64,000 nucleotides of DNA from contig JAGVZG010000004.1 in the NCBI GenBank assembly GCA_018302765.1, forward strand, positions 16,878 through 80,877, given 5' to 3'. The translations under genes were made by a program, and so were the position numbers. The notes under the pieces are model-generated. The model saw nothing but the letters and a program-made list of their open reading frames with translations, searched no databases and was not told where the DNA came from. This DNA comes from Candidatus Woesearchaeota archaeon (GTDB lineage Archaea; Nanobdellota; Nanobdellia; SCGC-AAA011-G17; GW2011-AR18). Shown here piece after piece: positions 49,808 through 58,527 of this stretch. The first letter of the stretch is position 1, and each line of letters opens with the position of its first letter.

Positions 49808-49950
49808 TTTAACCTCCGGTTGTCATCGGTTATTTAGAAATAGGTTTTCTGAAGTATTTAAATAGTTTTCTACGAACTTGGCCTTTTGCAACTAAAAATT
49901 CCTTTGACAAATAAGTTAAACCTTAATGCAAACTGAAAAATATAAACGGT

Positions 49951-50109
49951 TTATTTCTTCTTTTTTATCAAGTGTTCTACTAGCCTCTCAGTTTTCAAGT
50001 CAAGAGCCACCAGTCTAGCTTCTAAAACATAAATCTTTCTTAAACTCCATACAATTCCTATAATTGCTCCAAGAATAATATAAAGTAATATTGTTTCTAC
50101 AGCAACCAT
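49951..50109 (-). CDS. Small membrane protein (52 aa) downstream of secD, absent from the ORF track
   Basis: MVAVETILLYIILGAIIGIVWSLRKIYVLEARLVALDLKTERLVEHLIKKKK; ATG preceded by GGGTGAT. Confidence 0.6.
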   Translation of the reverse strand: MVAVETILLYIILGAIIGIVWSLRKIYVLEARLVALDLKTERLVEHLIKKKK

Positions 50110-50159
50110 TTTATCACCCCTGATTTATTTAATTTTTTGTTTAAAGAACTATAAAAAGT

Positions 50160-51734
50160 TTACTCTTCTATTAAAGTTCTCACTATTGCTCCAAATGCTG
50201 GCCTTGTTATTAAAACACCTATTGTGACGCCAACTATTGTGACTATAGCAAAGCCTGTTAGTAAGCCAGCGCCTGCCCTAAGTAACGGTAACATTGCAGC
50301 TACTGTTGCTGCGTAAGCAGAAAGAATTACAAAAAATGCTTTTTTAATTTGCTGTTTTAGTGCACCAGAACTGCCGAACAAAATTTCATCTGTGATAACT
50401 ATTTGATCATCTACGCCCGTACCAACTGCAGCCAGAATAGCTGCTATCGCAATTAGATCTAGGTTTTGTTTGAAAATAGCAGCAAAACCAAGAATTATAT
50501 AGATTTCACTAAGAACTGTAACCATTACTGGTATTGTTATCTTTAGACTTCTGTACCTTAAATAAATAATAAGAGCTACACCTAAAGTTGCAATTAATCC
50601 TATCAATAAAGCATTGTTAATAAATGCAGGGCCTAACGAAGGAGATATTGTATCAACTTTTACTATTTCTAATTTTGTTGGCAATGAACCAGTAATTAAT
50701 ATTGTTTGCAGTTTGTTTCTATTGTTTATTGTATCTTGTACTGCTTCTTTTTGCGTAGAGCCTTTGCCTGAACCTGAAATTGTAATTCGTGTTGCTTTTT
50801 GTCCTTTTAAGCTTGCATCAATTTGCAAAGTATCTACATGCTGCTCGTCCAAGTAGAAATCAAGAGTTTCATTTAATGTTCTCTGTCCTGAAGGTGCAGG
50901 CATTATTGCTAGGTCTTTGGTTATACCAGCATGCCTTTCTGCAGCTTCTGGGCTTAGGGAGATTTCAAATTCAAATCTGCAGTAATATCCATCAGAAGCT
51001 GACTGACAAGCTTGAATCCTTGAACATGTACCGTCAGTCCTGCAAACAAAAGTAATGTCTTTTTTTCCGCCTTCAAATACTGTTTTATTTGCTATTCTAG
51101 CTTCAAATTTTCCTTGGTTTGCTATAATGTTTTTTATTTCTTCCTTTGTAGAACCAGCTATTTCTACAACTATGAATTTATTGCCTTCTAGATCAGAAGC
51201 TGATTTTATTGTAACGTCTGCAAGGCCATAGATATTTAGCCTATTTTCCATTGTATCAATTATATCTTTAATATCTTGATCTGTAAGTTCACCTTCAGGT
51301 CTGAGAAGAACCCTTGTACCCCCCTGCAAATCCAGACCTTTTCTTAGATTTGAACTAGGAGCTTCTGTAACTATAATTCCAAGATCCAAACTATCTTTTA
51401 GGAATGCATATTGGCTTTTTGTTGTTTTTATTCTAACAGTTCCATTTAGAGGAACTAATTTTTCTACATTATAAAATTCCTCTACAGAATTTACTAATTT
51501 ATCATTAATTTCCAAAACTTTTTCTCTTGCAGTTGGACTAACTTCAGCTGATGGCGTTCTGAGGCCTACTTGATAAGCTGCGCTGTTAAATTCTACTGAT
51601 GATACAACTAAGCCTTGTTTTGAGAACTGATGATTTATGGAGAAGAAAGATATAAGTAAAAAAATTATCAAAATTATTACCCTTGGCTGTTTTATTAGTT
51701 TTGAGATTTTCATGTTATATTTTTCTTCTTGCAA
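50160..51734 (-). CDS. secD: Protein translocase subunit SecD
   Basis: GLDLQGGTRVLL, TISPSLG, GTGVDDQIVITDE, TRPAFG. Confidence 0.95.
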   Translation of the reverse strand: MQEEKYNMKISKLIKQPRVIILIIFLLISFFSINHQFSKQGLVVSSVEFNSAAYQVGLRTPSAEVSPTAREKVLEINDKLVNSVEEFYNVEKLVPLNGTVRIKTTKSQYAFLKDSLDLGIIVTEAPSSNLRKGLDLQGGTRVLLRPEGELTDQDIKDIIDTMENRLNIYGLADVTIKSASDLEGNKFIVVEIAGSTKEEIKNIIANQGKFEARIANKTVFEGGKKDITFVCRTDGTCSRIQACQSASDGYYCRFEFEISLSPEAAERHAGITKDLAIMPAPSGQRTLNETLDFYLDEQHVDTLQIDASLKGQKATRITISGSGKGSTQKEAVQDTINNRNKLQTILITGSLPTKLEIVKVDTISPSLGPAFINNALLIGLIATLGVALIIYLRYRSLKITIPVMVTVLSEIYIILGFAAIFKQNLDLIAIAAILAAVGTGVDDQIVITDEILFGSSGALKQQIKKAFFVILSAYAATVAAMLPLLRAGAGLLTGFAIVTIVGVTIGVLITRPAFGAIVRTLIEE

Positions 51735-52588
51735 TAAATCCAGAGTATTCCTGCATTTGTTAAATAAGTGCTAATTACGTCTACTATCAAAGCTATGAAT
51801 ATTATCAGAAACATTTCTTTAATGACAAATGAATTTGACAATATTAATCCTGCCAACATTACTACTGCTGCACATGCTGTCATTGTTAGCCCTGTTTTCA
51901 TTGAATGCCACATTCTGTCAAATAATTTTCCTTCTCTTTTTTTTATAGAATAATTCGTCAATAGTATGTCTGTATCCACACTATAACCTATTACCAAAAG
52001 AAAAGCAACAATTCCTGCTGTTGACATTGGTAAACCAATAATATTTATTATTGCCAGTGTTATTATGATATCCATAAAAGCTGCAGAAATAACTGCAATA
52101 CTTGGTGCTGGAGTCCTAAATGCTACAAAAACTGACACACCCATTAATATAAATGCAAATATCAGAGCATACATCAGTTGCTTAAAGAATGCCTGAGACA
52201 GTTTTGGAGTTGTTACTTCTATGCTGAAATTTTGCTTGTTTATATCTATTTGCAGCTTATTTTTTATTATGTCTCTTAACTGCTCTTCTGTTAAATCAGA
52301 TAATTCTATAATAAAACCAAGTTGCTTGCCTGTTGTTACATCACCTAGTTTCTTTATTGTTGCCTCAACTCCCAAAGCAGATTTAATTTGATCTTCTGTG
52401 AATTCCTTGTCTGTATACAGTGTAGCTGCAATACCTCCCCTTAGTGTTACGTCTTTGTTGAAAGGATCTCCTGTTTTTGCTATTTTCATTCCTATTATCG
52501 TTAATGAAATAACTAATAGTATTAATGGAATAAACATCAGCCATTTGTAGTTTTTCGACCAAAAAATTTCTATTTTGTCTTTTAACAT
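51710..52588 (-). CDS. secF: Protein translocase subunit SecF
   Basis: DVTLRGG, LLVIGYSVDTDILL; upstream of secD. Confidence 0.94.
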   Translation of the reverse strand: MLKDKIEIFWSKNYKWLMFIPLILLVISLTIIGMKIAKTGDPFNKDVTLRGGIAATLYTDKEFTEDQIKSALGVEATIKKLGDVTTGKQLGFIIELSDLTEEQLRDIIKNKLQIDINKQNFSIEVTTPKLSQAFFKQLMYALIFAFILMGVSVFVAFRTPAPSIAVISAAFMDIIITLAIINIIGLPMSTAGIVAFLLVIGYSVDTDILLTNYSIKKREGKLFDRMWHSMKTGLTMTACAAVVMLAGLILSNSFVIKEMFLIIFIALIVDVISTYLTNAGILWIYCKKKNIT

Positions 52589-52673
52589 TGAAGTTTTGTA
52601 CTAGATTTAAGTATAAAAAGATTATGATAGTGGTTTTAGAAAAGCTTTTAATTCACTTGTTTTTTGAAAACCT

Positions 52674-52952
52674 ATGGAACTTGATCATATAGTTTTAGAG
52701 GATGATAGGCGTTGTAGTGCTGGAGATTTAAAAACAATACTAAAAGCATTGCCTATAAAATTTTCTGGAGATTTTGAAATTATAAAAGCAGTAATGGAGC
52801 TTGGAAGAATAATATATTTTATACCGGTTAATGGAAAAATCTCAGAAATAGATTATGGTAAAGGAATTAGAATTCAGGATGTTCAAGACACAAAAAAAGG
52901 CACACGTTTTTATTATTGTAATAATAATTTTTCTGTTTATTATAAAAGTTAA
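52674..52952 (+). CDS. Hypothetical protein
   Basis: 92-aa ORF. Confidence 0.45.
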   Translation: MELDHIVLEDDRRCSAGDLKTILKALPIKFSGDFEIIKAVMELGRIIYFIPVNGKISEIDYGKGIRIQDVQDTKKGTRFYYCNNNFSVYYKS

Positions 52953-52959
52953 TTATTTT

Positions 52960-53190
52960 ATGGAAATTAAAGGAGAAAAATTCAAAGTCATTGTAAAAAC
53001 AAATTCCAGTAAGAATGAAGTTGTTTGCTATGATGAAGCAAGAAAAGCCTATAGAATAAATTTGAAAGCTAAACCAATAGAAGGAGAAGCAAATAAAGAA
53101 CTGATTAAATTCCTGTCAAGAGAGATCAAGAGAAAAGTAAGAATTGTTTCTGGCTTTAGAAATAAGGAGAAGGTTATTGAACTATTTTAA
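52960..53190 (+). CDS. DUF167/YggU family protein
   Basis: VIVKTNSSKN, AKPIEGEANKELIKFL, VRIVSG..NKEKVI; ATG at 52960. Confidence 0.88.
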   Translation: MEIKGEKFKVIVKTNSSKNEVVCYDEARKAYRINLKAKPIEGEANKELIKFLSREIKRKVRIVSGFRNKEKVIELF

Positions 53191-53409
53191 TTTGTTTAAT
53201 AATTTTGGATATCCTTTTATATTTTTTATGTTGTATAATTCTACAATTTTTTCTTGGCCTTCTTTGGTTTTTGAAAGTTTATTAATAAATTTAAAGAATT
53301 TCTCATATTGTGCATTAATAAATTTTGTGTGATAGCTTTTCCAATTTGAATCATTTTTTACAAATTCTGCCCATCTTTCTATGAATTCGTCATGTGTTTT
53401 GTTTCTCAT
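53182..53409 (-). CDS. Small hypothetical protein coupled to the upstream nucleotidyltransferase-like gene
   Basis: 75 aa; ATG overlaps the stop of 53406..53966. Confidence 0.6.
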   Translation of the reverse strand: MRNKTHDEFIERWAEFVKNDSNWKSYHTKFINAQYEKFFKFINKLSKTKEGQEKIVELYNIKNIKGYPKLLNKLK

Positions 53410-53966
53410 TTTAATCTTAATTGTCTTATTTTTTGTTTTATTTTATTTATCTCAGCTTCGTTTATTGTATCATGATAAACCTTCCTTAAATGTTTTGCGT
53501 CTTCTAGATCTTTCGGCGATTTTAAATATTCTTCTTTGAATGCTATATTCATATTAACACTTCCAAAATATAAATCTAGACCTGTTAATTGTAACTTTGT
53601 TTTAGTTGACAATTGATATAAATCCAAATCATCAACTGCAAATTTAACTTCCATTTCAGGCAATGGTTGATCTTTGTAAGTATACCTTACACTTAGATTA
53701 TCCTTTAAATATAAATATATATTTTCGGGATCATCTGATTGCATACAAATAAAATTTTTTTTAATTAATTCATTATGTAATAACTTGAATTTTTCTTTTT
53801 GAATTGGTTTTATTATCATATCTATATCTTCTGTGCTTCTTACCCTCCCAGATGATATTACAAGAAATCCAGATACAATTATATATTCTGTATATTTCTC
53901 TATTATTTTACAGAAGTTTATAGCAAATTCATCAAGAATATTTCTGTTGCTTATTCCTCTTATCAT
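53406..53966 (-). CDS. Nucleotidyltransferase-fold protein
   Basis: YIIVSG...GRVRSTEDIDMII (G..R.T.D.D signature), C-terminal KDLED. Confidence 0.7.
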   Translation of the reverse strand: MIRGISNRNILDEFAINFCKIIEKYTEYIIVSGFLVISSGRVRSTEDIDMIIKPIQKEKFKLLHNELIKKNFICMQSDDPENIYLYLKDNLSVRYTYKDQPLPEMEVKFAVDDLDLYQLSTKTKLQLTGLDLYFGSVNMNIAFKEEYLKSPKDLEDAKHLRKVYHDTINEAEINKIKQKIRQLRLK

Positions 53967-54011
53967 AATAAGTTATTGTTTTAAAAGTTTATATTACTTT
54001 TGGATAAAATA

Positions 54012-54674
54012 TTAGAAATCTACTAAAGTCTTCTGATTCTTGGATTTTTTACCTTCTGAATATTCTTTATATGAAGACCAAGAATGCCTGAATATCTCTG
54101 GATATTTATTCCAATTTTCTTTTAAAAATTTCTTTGTACTGGGATCAGATGGGTAGCCAGAATTGAAATCTATTCCTATTTTTTTCTTAATTAATTCTAT
54201 TTCTTTGTCTCTAGTTACTTTTGCCAATATTGAACCGGCACCAACAATCAAGTAATCACGATCTGCATGGTGCTCACATCTTAAGCTTGTTTTTATTTTT
54301 ATTTTATTTTCAAGAAAGTTTGCAAAAGCTTTTTTATTGTTGCTTGGGCAATCAATTATAACTTGATCTGGCCTTAATGCATTAATAATTTCAACCATTT
54401 TGTCCGCTTCTAACCAATTTAAGTTTGAATCTTCTGAAAGAACTGCTTTGTCAATTTCTTCTGGCGGTATTTTAATTATTTTATACCTTTTGACAAATTT
54501 TATTAATTTTGCATAAATTTGCTCTCTTTGTTGTGGCGTTAATAACTTAGAATCTTTTACACCTAATTGTTTTAATTTTGGCAGATCTTTCTCTTCAATT
54601 ACAATTCCAGCCATTACCATTGGACCAATGACAGGACCTCGACCTGCATCATCGATACCACATATTGTTGCCAT
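54012..54674 (-). CDS. rnhB: Ribonuclease HII
   Basis: GIDDAGRGPVIGPMV, GVKDSKLL, ILAKVTRD, SGYPSDP, C-terminal PIP box QKTLVDF. Confidence 0.95.
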   Translation of the reverse strand: MATICGIDDAGRGPVIGPMVMAGIVIEEKDLPKLKQLGVKDSKLLTPQQREQIYAKLIKFVKRYKIIKIPPEEIDKAVLSEDSNLNWLEADKMVEIINALRPDQVIIDCPSNNKKAFANFLENKIKIKTSLRCEHHADRDYLIVGAGSILAKVTRDKEIELIKKKIGIDFNSGYPSDPSTKKFLKENWNKYPEIFRHSWSSYKEYSEGKKSKNQKTLVDF

Positions 54675-54765
54675 TAGATAAATAACAATTTATTAGTTAA
54701 TAAACATTATTATCTATTTTTTAATAACTCTACTAATAAAATAATTCAATAACTTTCTATAGGAA

Positions 54766-54917
54766 TTAATCTTTCATTAATTCTCTTTCTTTCATTAGCT
54801 GTTGATATAAATCAACTAGTGCTCTTCTATCTTTCCCTGATAGTATTCTTTTACCCGCCCTAGCTTCTATTAAAGCACTCTTATTTGATTAACTGCTTGT
54901 TCAAATGTTTCTGTCAT
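54766..54917 (-). pseudogene. Small frameshifted ORF (about 50 aa)
   Basis: MTETFEQAVNQI then, after a one-base shift, SALIEARAGKRILSGKDRRALVDLYQQLMKERELMKD*. Confidence 0.35.
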
Positions 54918-55100
54918 ATAAACCACCACATTTTCTGTATAAATTATATATTTTATTTTTGTATGAACTTATTTTTAAATATTTGTATATGAATATATAT
55001 TGAATTTGGCAATATGTTTAGATGATTTTTATTTATAATTAAATAGTAGTAACTATAGAAATATTTATAAATTAATTATTAATTTCATTTCTATATTAAA

Positions 55101-55961
55101 ATGGCAATAATTTTACCAGGCTATAATGCTGCATTTGAAGATAAAGTTTATTGTAGAGATAGAACTGTTGATACTCAAAGAGGACATGTAGTAGTTAGTG
55201 AAATTGTTATTCTTGAAAGATATACAGAACCAACTGAAGATGGAGTTGTAAATTATCTAAGAGAAGTTGCAAGAAAAGTAGATCCTATAGCTTCATTAGA
55301 GTTGCCTGATAGCACTAAATTTGAAGGAAAGTCACCTTTAGAGGAATTCGTAATGAAATTACCTAAATCTGTAAGAATGCATTTAATATCTGGACGTAAT
55401 GAGTACTTGAATTTTGTTAGAAAAAATACATCTGCAAGAGCTCTTTCAGAAGGAGAAAATCCCAATAATTTTGTACAAGCTATGTATGGTTTACTCACTC
55501 CAGTAATTATTAGTAATAATTTTGAAATGATAAATGATATGAAACATAAGTGGTATGATGCCGCACTGTCAAATAAAAAATTTCTAGAACACAGTTTAGG
55601 ATATAAACTTCAAGTAGACATTTTGTTATATGATGAAGTTTTGCCTTCTAAAATTGAGATGAATATATTATTAAAACATAAAGTTTCTGTTTCTAGAAGC
55701 CTTATAGTACAAGGGACTGCACCTGAAGATGGCGATGTTGAAAGACTTATTGAATTACTATATTCAGGATTAGATACTCCTGATAAAATTGAATATTTAG
55801 AAGATCATTCAAAATACAGACTTGAAGAAGCCTCAATTCAACCAGTTATTAATTTATTAGATGCTGCTGCTAGACAACAAGCTCAAGCTCAAACGTTATT
55901 AGACCGTCTAAAAAGTGGCGCTGGCAGAGGGTCTGGCGGGCATGGCGGTCTTATTTGCTAG
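55101..55961 (+). CDS. Hypothetical protein
   Basis: 286-aa ORF with a Gly-rich C-terminus. Confidence 0.6.
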   Translation: MAIILPGYNAAFEDKVYCRDRTVDTQRGHVVVSEIVILERYTEPTEDGVVNYLREVARKVDPIASLELPDSTKFEGKSPLEEFVMKLPKSVRMHLISGRNEYLNFVRKNTSARALSEGENPNNFVQAMYGLLTPVIISNNFEMINDMKHKWYDAALSNKKFLEHSLGYKLQVDILLYDEVLPSKIEMNILLKHKVSVSRSLIVQGTAPEDGDVERLIELLYSGLDTPDKIEYLEDHSKYRLEEASIQPVINLLDAAARQQAQAQTLLDRLKSGAGRGSGGHGGLIC

Positions 55962-56198
55962 ATATTTCTATTTGTATATAATATAATATATATTTCATAA
56001 TTTGGGTGTGGACGACAAGACAATAAGCTTGCACATAAGACTATTAAAATAAATTGTCTTAATTATTTTATGGAAGAAAATATATATTTTTTGCAATTAC
56101 TAAAAAAGAAATTAGTGTTTAAGCTTGTTTTTGAAAAATCTCATTTTAGCTACAAGTTAAAATTTCTAATGAAAATATTTTAATATTTAAAAATTATA

Positions 56199-56435
56199 GA
56201 GGATAGCGGGGGCTTCCCGAAATGACATATTGTCAATTTTCTTTGGATTTGAACCAACGACCCATCCGTGCTAAAGCAATTCGGGTATCGCAAAGAGTGC
56301 GTACTCTTTATGAGCCTTCCGCAGTAAGACATTTGTCGTTACTTCGACGGACATTTAGGTTTTTTATAAAAAACTCCTAGCTGTCCTACCCGTATAGACT
56401 CAAGGTTCGCTATGGTATCAGCTTCCCCTATCCTC
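56199..56435 (-). repeat. Inverted repeat bracketing the tRNA-iMet precursor
   Basis: Leader GAGGATAG-GGG (56435-56425) is complementary to CCC-G-CTATCCTC (56210-56199). Confidence 0.8.
56204..56411 (-). tRNA. Initiator tRNA-Met(CAT) with six introns: 4/5 (56392-56407), 20a/21 (56354-56373), 29/30 (56317-56344), 37/38 (56287-56308), 44/45 (56263-56279), 64/65 (56213-56242)
   Basis: Seven exons (4, 18, 9, 8, 7, 20, 9 nt) give AGCGGGG TA GGAC AGCTAGGAGT GTCC G TCGGG CTCATAA CCCGA AGGTC GTTGG TTCAAAT CCAAC CCCCGCT A (75 nt): A1-U72 pair, G29G30G31/C39C40C41; each junction falls two nt into a BHB-type bulge. Confidence 0.92.
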
Positions 56436-56460
56436 TGCATCACAAAAGATAATAAAACTT

Positions 56461-56468
56461 CTTATAAA
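56461..56468 (-). promoter_or_regulatory. TATA box of tRNA-iMet, displaced upstream
   Basis: TTTATAAG at -57..-50 from mature +1; the -30..-23 window reads GATGCAGA. Confidence 0.6.
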
Positions 56469-56520
56469 GCTTTTGGAGAATAACCGTGAAATATTTAAGA
56501 ATTTCTGACATTGCAATATT

Positions 56521-57015
56521 ATGCAAGAAGGCAGTATTTTGATACCTATATGGACTAATAAGAGAGAAATAATAGGCTATAAAAAACTTGAAGACATCAA
56601 TGAAAGAATAGATACTCTAAATTTAGCATATGTGATTTTATTTGACAGATATGGTATGATCTTTATTACAAAACCAAAAAATTCTTTATGGGAAGGAAAA
56701 TGGTCAAGTTCTGCTGCAACTACTGTAAGAAAAGATGAGACATCTATTGAAGCAGCAAGAAGGGCATTATCTAATGATCTTGGAGCTTATAGATGTGATT
56801 TAATATTTGTAAAGGAAAATTATTACGAACTAAATGGAATAAAAAGAGTTTTATCAATTTTTTATGCCAAAACCAATGACATTGTAAAAGTTAATTCTGA
56901 TGACATAGCTGAAAGTAAGTGGGTGAATTTAATAGATATTAAACAAATGATGACTAATGGAGAATTTAATCCTGTTTTTCTTGTTGCATTTGAAAACATA
57001 AAAGGCTTCTTGTAA
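56521..57015 (+). CDS. NUDIX fold protein (IDI-like, degenerate Nudix box)
   Basis: GKWSSSAATTVRKDETSIEAARRALSNDLG; VNSDDIAESKWV. Confidence 0.7.
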   Translation: MQEGSILIPIWTNKREIIGYKKLEDINERIDTLNLAYVILFDRYGMIFITKPKNSLWEGKWSSSAATTVRKDETSIEAARRALSNDLGAYRCDLIFVKENYYELNGIKRVLSIFYAKTNDIVKVNSDDIAESKWVNLIDIKQMMTNGEFNPVFLVAFENIKGFL

Positions 57016-57069
57016 TAAAAAGAAATATCATAGCAAGACTTTTAAATTTATAGCTTTGAACATATATTT

Positions 57070-57696
57070 ATGAAAAATGGTGCTGATTTTAAAGAGCTTA
57101 AAGAGGTAGAAAAGAACATCTTAAAAGGAATAAAACTTAATGATTGTTTTTCTAGTATAAAGACTGTTGCTGCCTTTGACATAGCTTACAAAGATAAAAC
57201 TTATTTTTGTGTTGGTGTTGTTATTGATATAGAAACTAAAGAAGAAGTTGAAAAAAAAGAGGTTAATGGAGAAGAAGTAATACCTTATTCACCCAGCCTT
57301 GCTGCTTTTAGAGAAGGGCCTGCAATAATTGACGCTTATAGGGCTTTAGAAAACAAACCTGATATCTTAATTGTCAAGGGTGAAGGGGCTGTAAAACTAA
57401 ACAGAGTGGGATTAGCCAGCTATGTTGGTGTAATTCTTAATAAACCCTGCATTGGTGTAGCAAAGGAATTAATGCATGGAAAACTTGAAGAAGATAAAAT
57501 TATTTTTGAAAATGAGTTAAAAGGCATTGCAATAAAAACAAAACAATTTGCAAATCCTGTTTATGTAACACCAGGACATAACGTAAGCTTGAAAACTTCT
57601 GTTGAAATTGTGAAAAAATTAAGCATTGATTCATACAAATTGCCTATTCCATTGCATTTAGCTCATAAATATGTGAACAAATTAAAGAAAAAATAG
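57070..57696 (+). CDS. nfi: Endonuclease V family protein
   Basis: AAFDIAY, PYSPSLAAFREGP, GLASYVGV, IGVAK, PVYVTPGH, KLPIPLHLAH; the second catalytic Asp position reads LIVKG. Confidence 0.85.
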   Translation: MKNGADFKELKEVEKNILKGIKLNDCFSSIKTVAAFDIAYKDKTYFCVGVVIDIETKEEVEKKEVNGEEVIPYSPSLAAFREGPAIIDAYRALENKPDILIVKGEGAVKLNRVGLASYVGVILNKPCIGVAKELMHGKLEEDKIIFENELKGIAIKTKQFANPVYVTPGHNVSLKTSVEIVKKLSIDSYKLPIPLHLAHKYVNKLKKK

Positions 57697-57701
57697 AAAA
57701 C

Positions 57702-58415
57702 TTAGTTAATTTTCAAGTAAGATTCCAGACCACAACTTCTTATGTATTCTTGTTCGCAGTTAAATTCCTGCGCAGCTATATCTCCTACAGCTACCAAACT
57801 ATTAAAATTTCTAATGTAAATATCAGAACCTAAACAAATAAATGTTTTTCTTACAGCTAAAACTGGAACTCGGCTTGAGCTATAAGCAGGATTTAATGGA
57901 TTTCCAATAATAAAAACTATATCTCCCAATGATAAATCTTTAACAATTTCATTAATGTGATTTGGGTTAGAATTAATTTCATTATAATTAACCCCTAAGT
58001 CTGAGAATATAAATGTGCCTCTTGGTCTTTTACCATCTTCCTCAGCTTCAGCTAATGATAATTTTAAGGCTGAAAATCTATCTTCATATTTTGTTAGTTC
58101 TTTTGTTTCTTTAAATCCGAATCCAGATACATTATAATTTGTTATAGATGCTGTATGTGCACTATATTGATTAAGTACGTCAATTAAACTTGGTTTTTCT
58201 TCGCCTTTTATTTTTCCGAAAATTTCATTGCAAAATGAGGATAAATTTTTATTATCCTGCCTTTCTAAAGCAAATGCTGTGATTATTTCAGCAGTTTGAT
58301 TAAGCCTAAAAAAAGCACATTTACCAACAGGAAGATCACTTACCTTTCCAATCAAACCTTCAATAACTGGAAATTCATAAAGCAGAAGCAAAAAAGTTGT
58401 GTGATTAGAAGCCAT
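57702..58415 (-). CDS. Hypothetical protein
   Basis: 237-aa ORF. Confidence 0.55.
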   Translation of the reverse strand: MASNHTTFLLLLYEFPVIEGLIGKVSDLPVGKCAFFRLNQTAEIITAFALERQDNKNLSSFCNEIFGKIKGEEKPSLIDVLNQYSAHTASITNYNVSGFGFKETKELTKYEDRFSALKLSLAEAEEDGKRPRGTFIFSDLGVNYNEINSNPNHINEIVKDLSLGDIVFIIGNPLNPAYSSSRVPVLAVRKTFICLGSDIYIRNFNSLVAVGDIAAQEFNCEQEYIRSCGLESYLKIN

Positions 58416-58527
58416 CTTTATAATTTTTTATTATGGTATAATCTTATTTTATTTAAATATTATTATAGTTGAAAATAAATAATAGAATTAATCATTCCTT
58501 GCATGCTTCACATTAACTCAATTTTTA

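Noticed and set aside
55915-55960. GC-rich patch as a possible ncRNA
   Set aside because: It is the Gly-rich C-terminal coding sequence (GAGRGSGGHGG) of ORF 55101..55961.
8935-56411. Split (trans-spliced) or permuted tRNA genes
   Set aside because: All exons of each tRNA are present in cis and in collinear order.
56199-56435. RNase P RNA or SRP RNA, suggested by the GC-rich region with paired ends
   Set aside because: No RNase P CR-I/CR-V or SRP helix 8 consensus; the region is fully explained by a six-intron tRNA-iMet plus leader.
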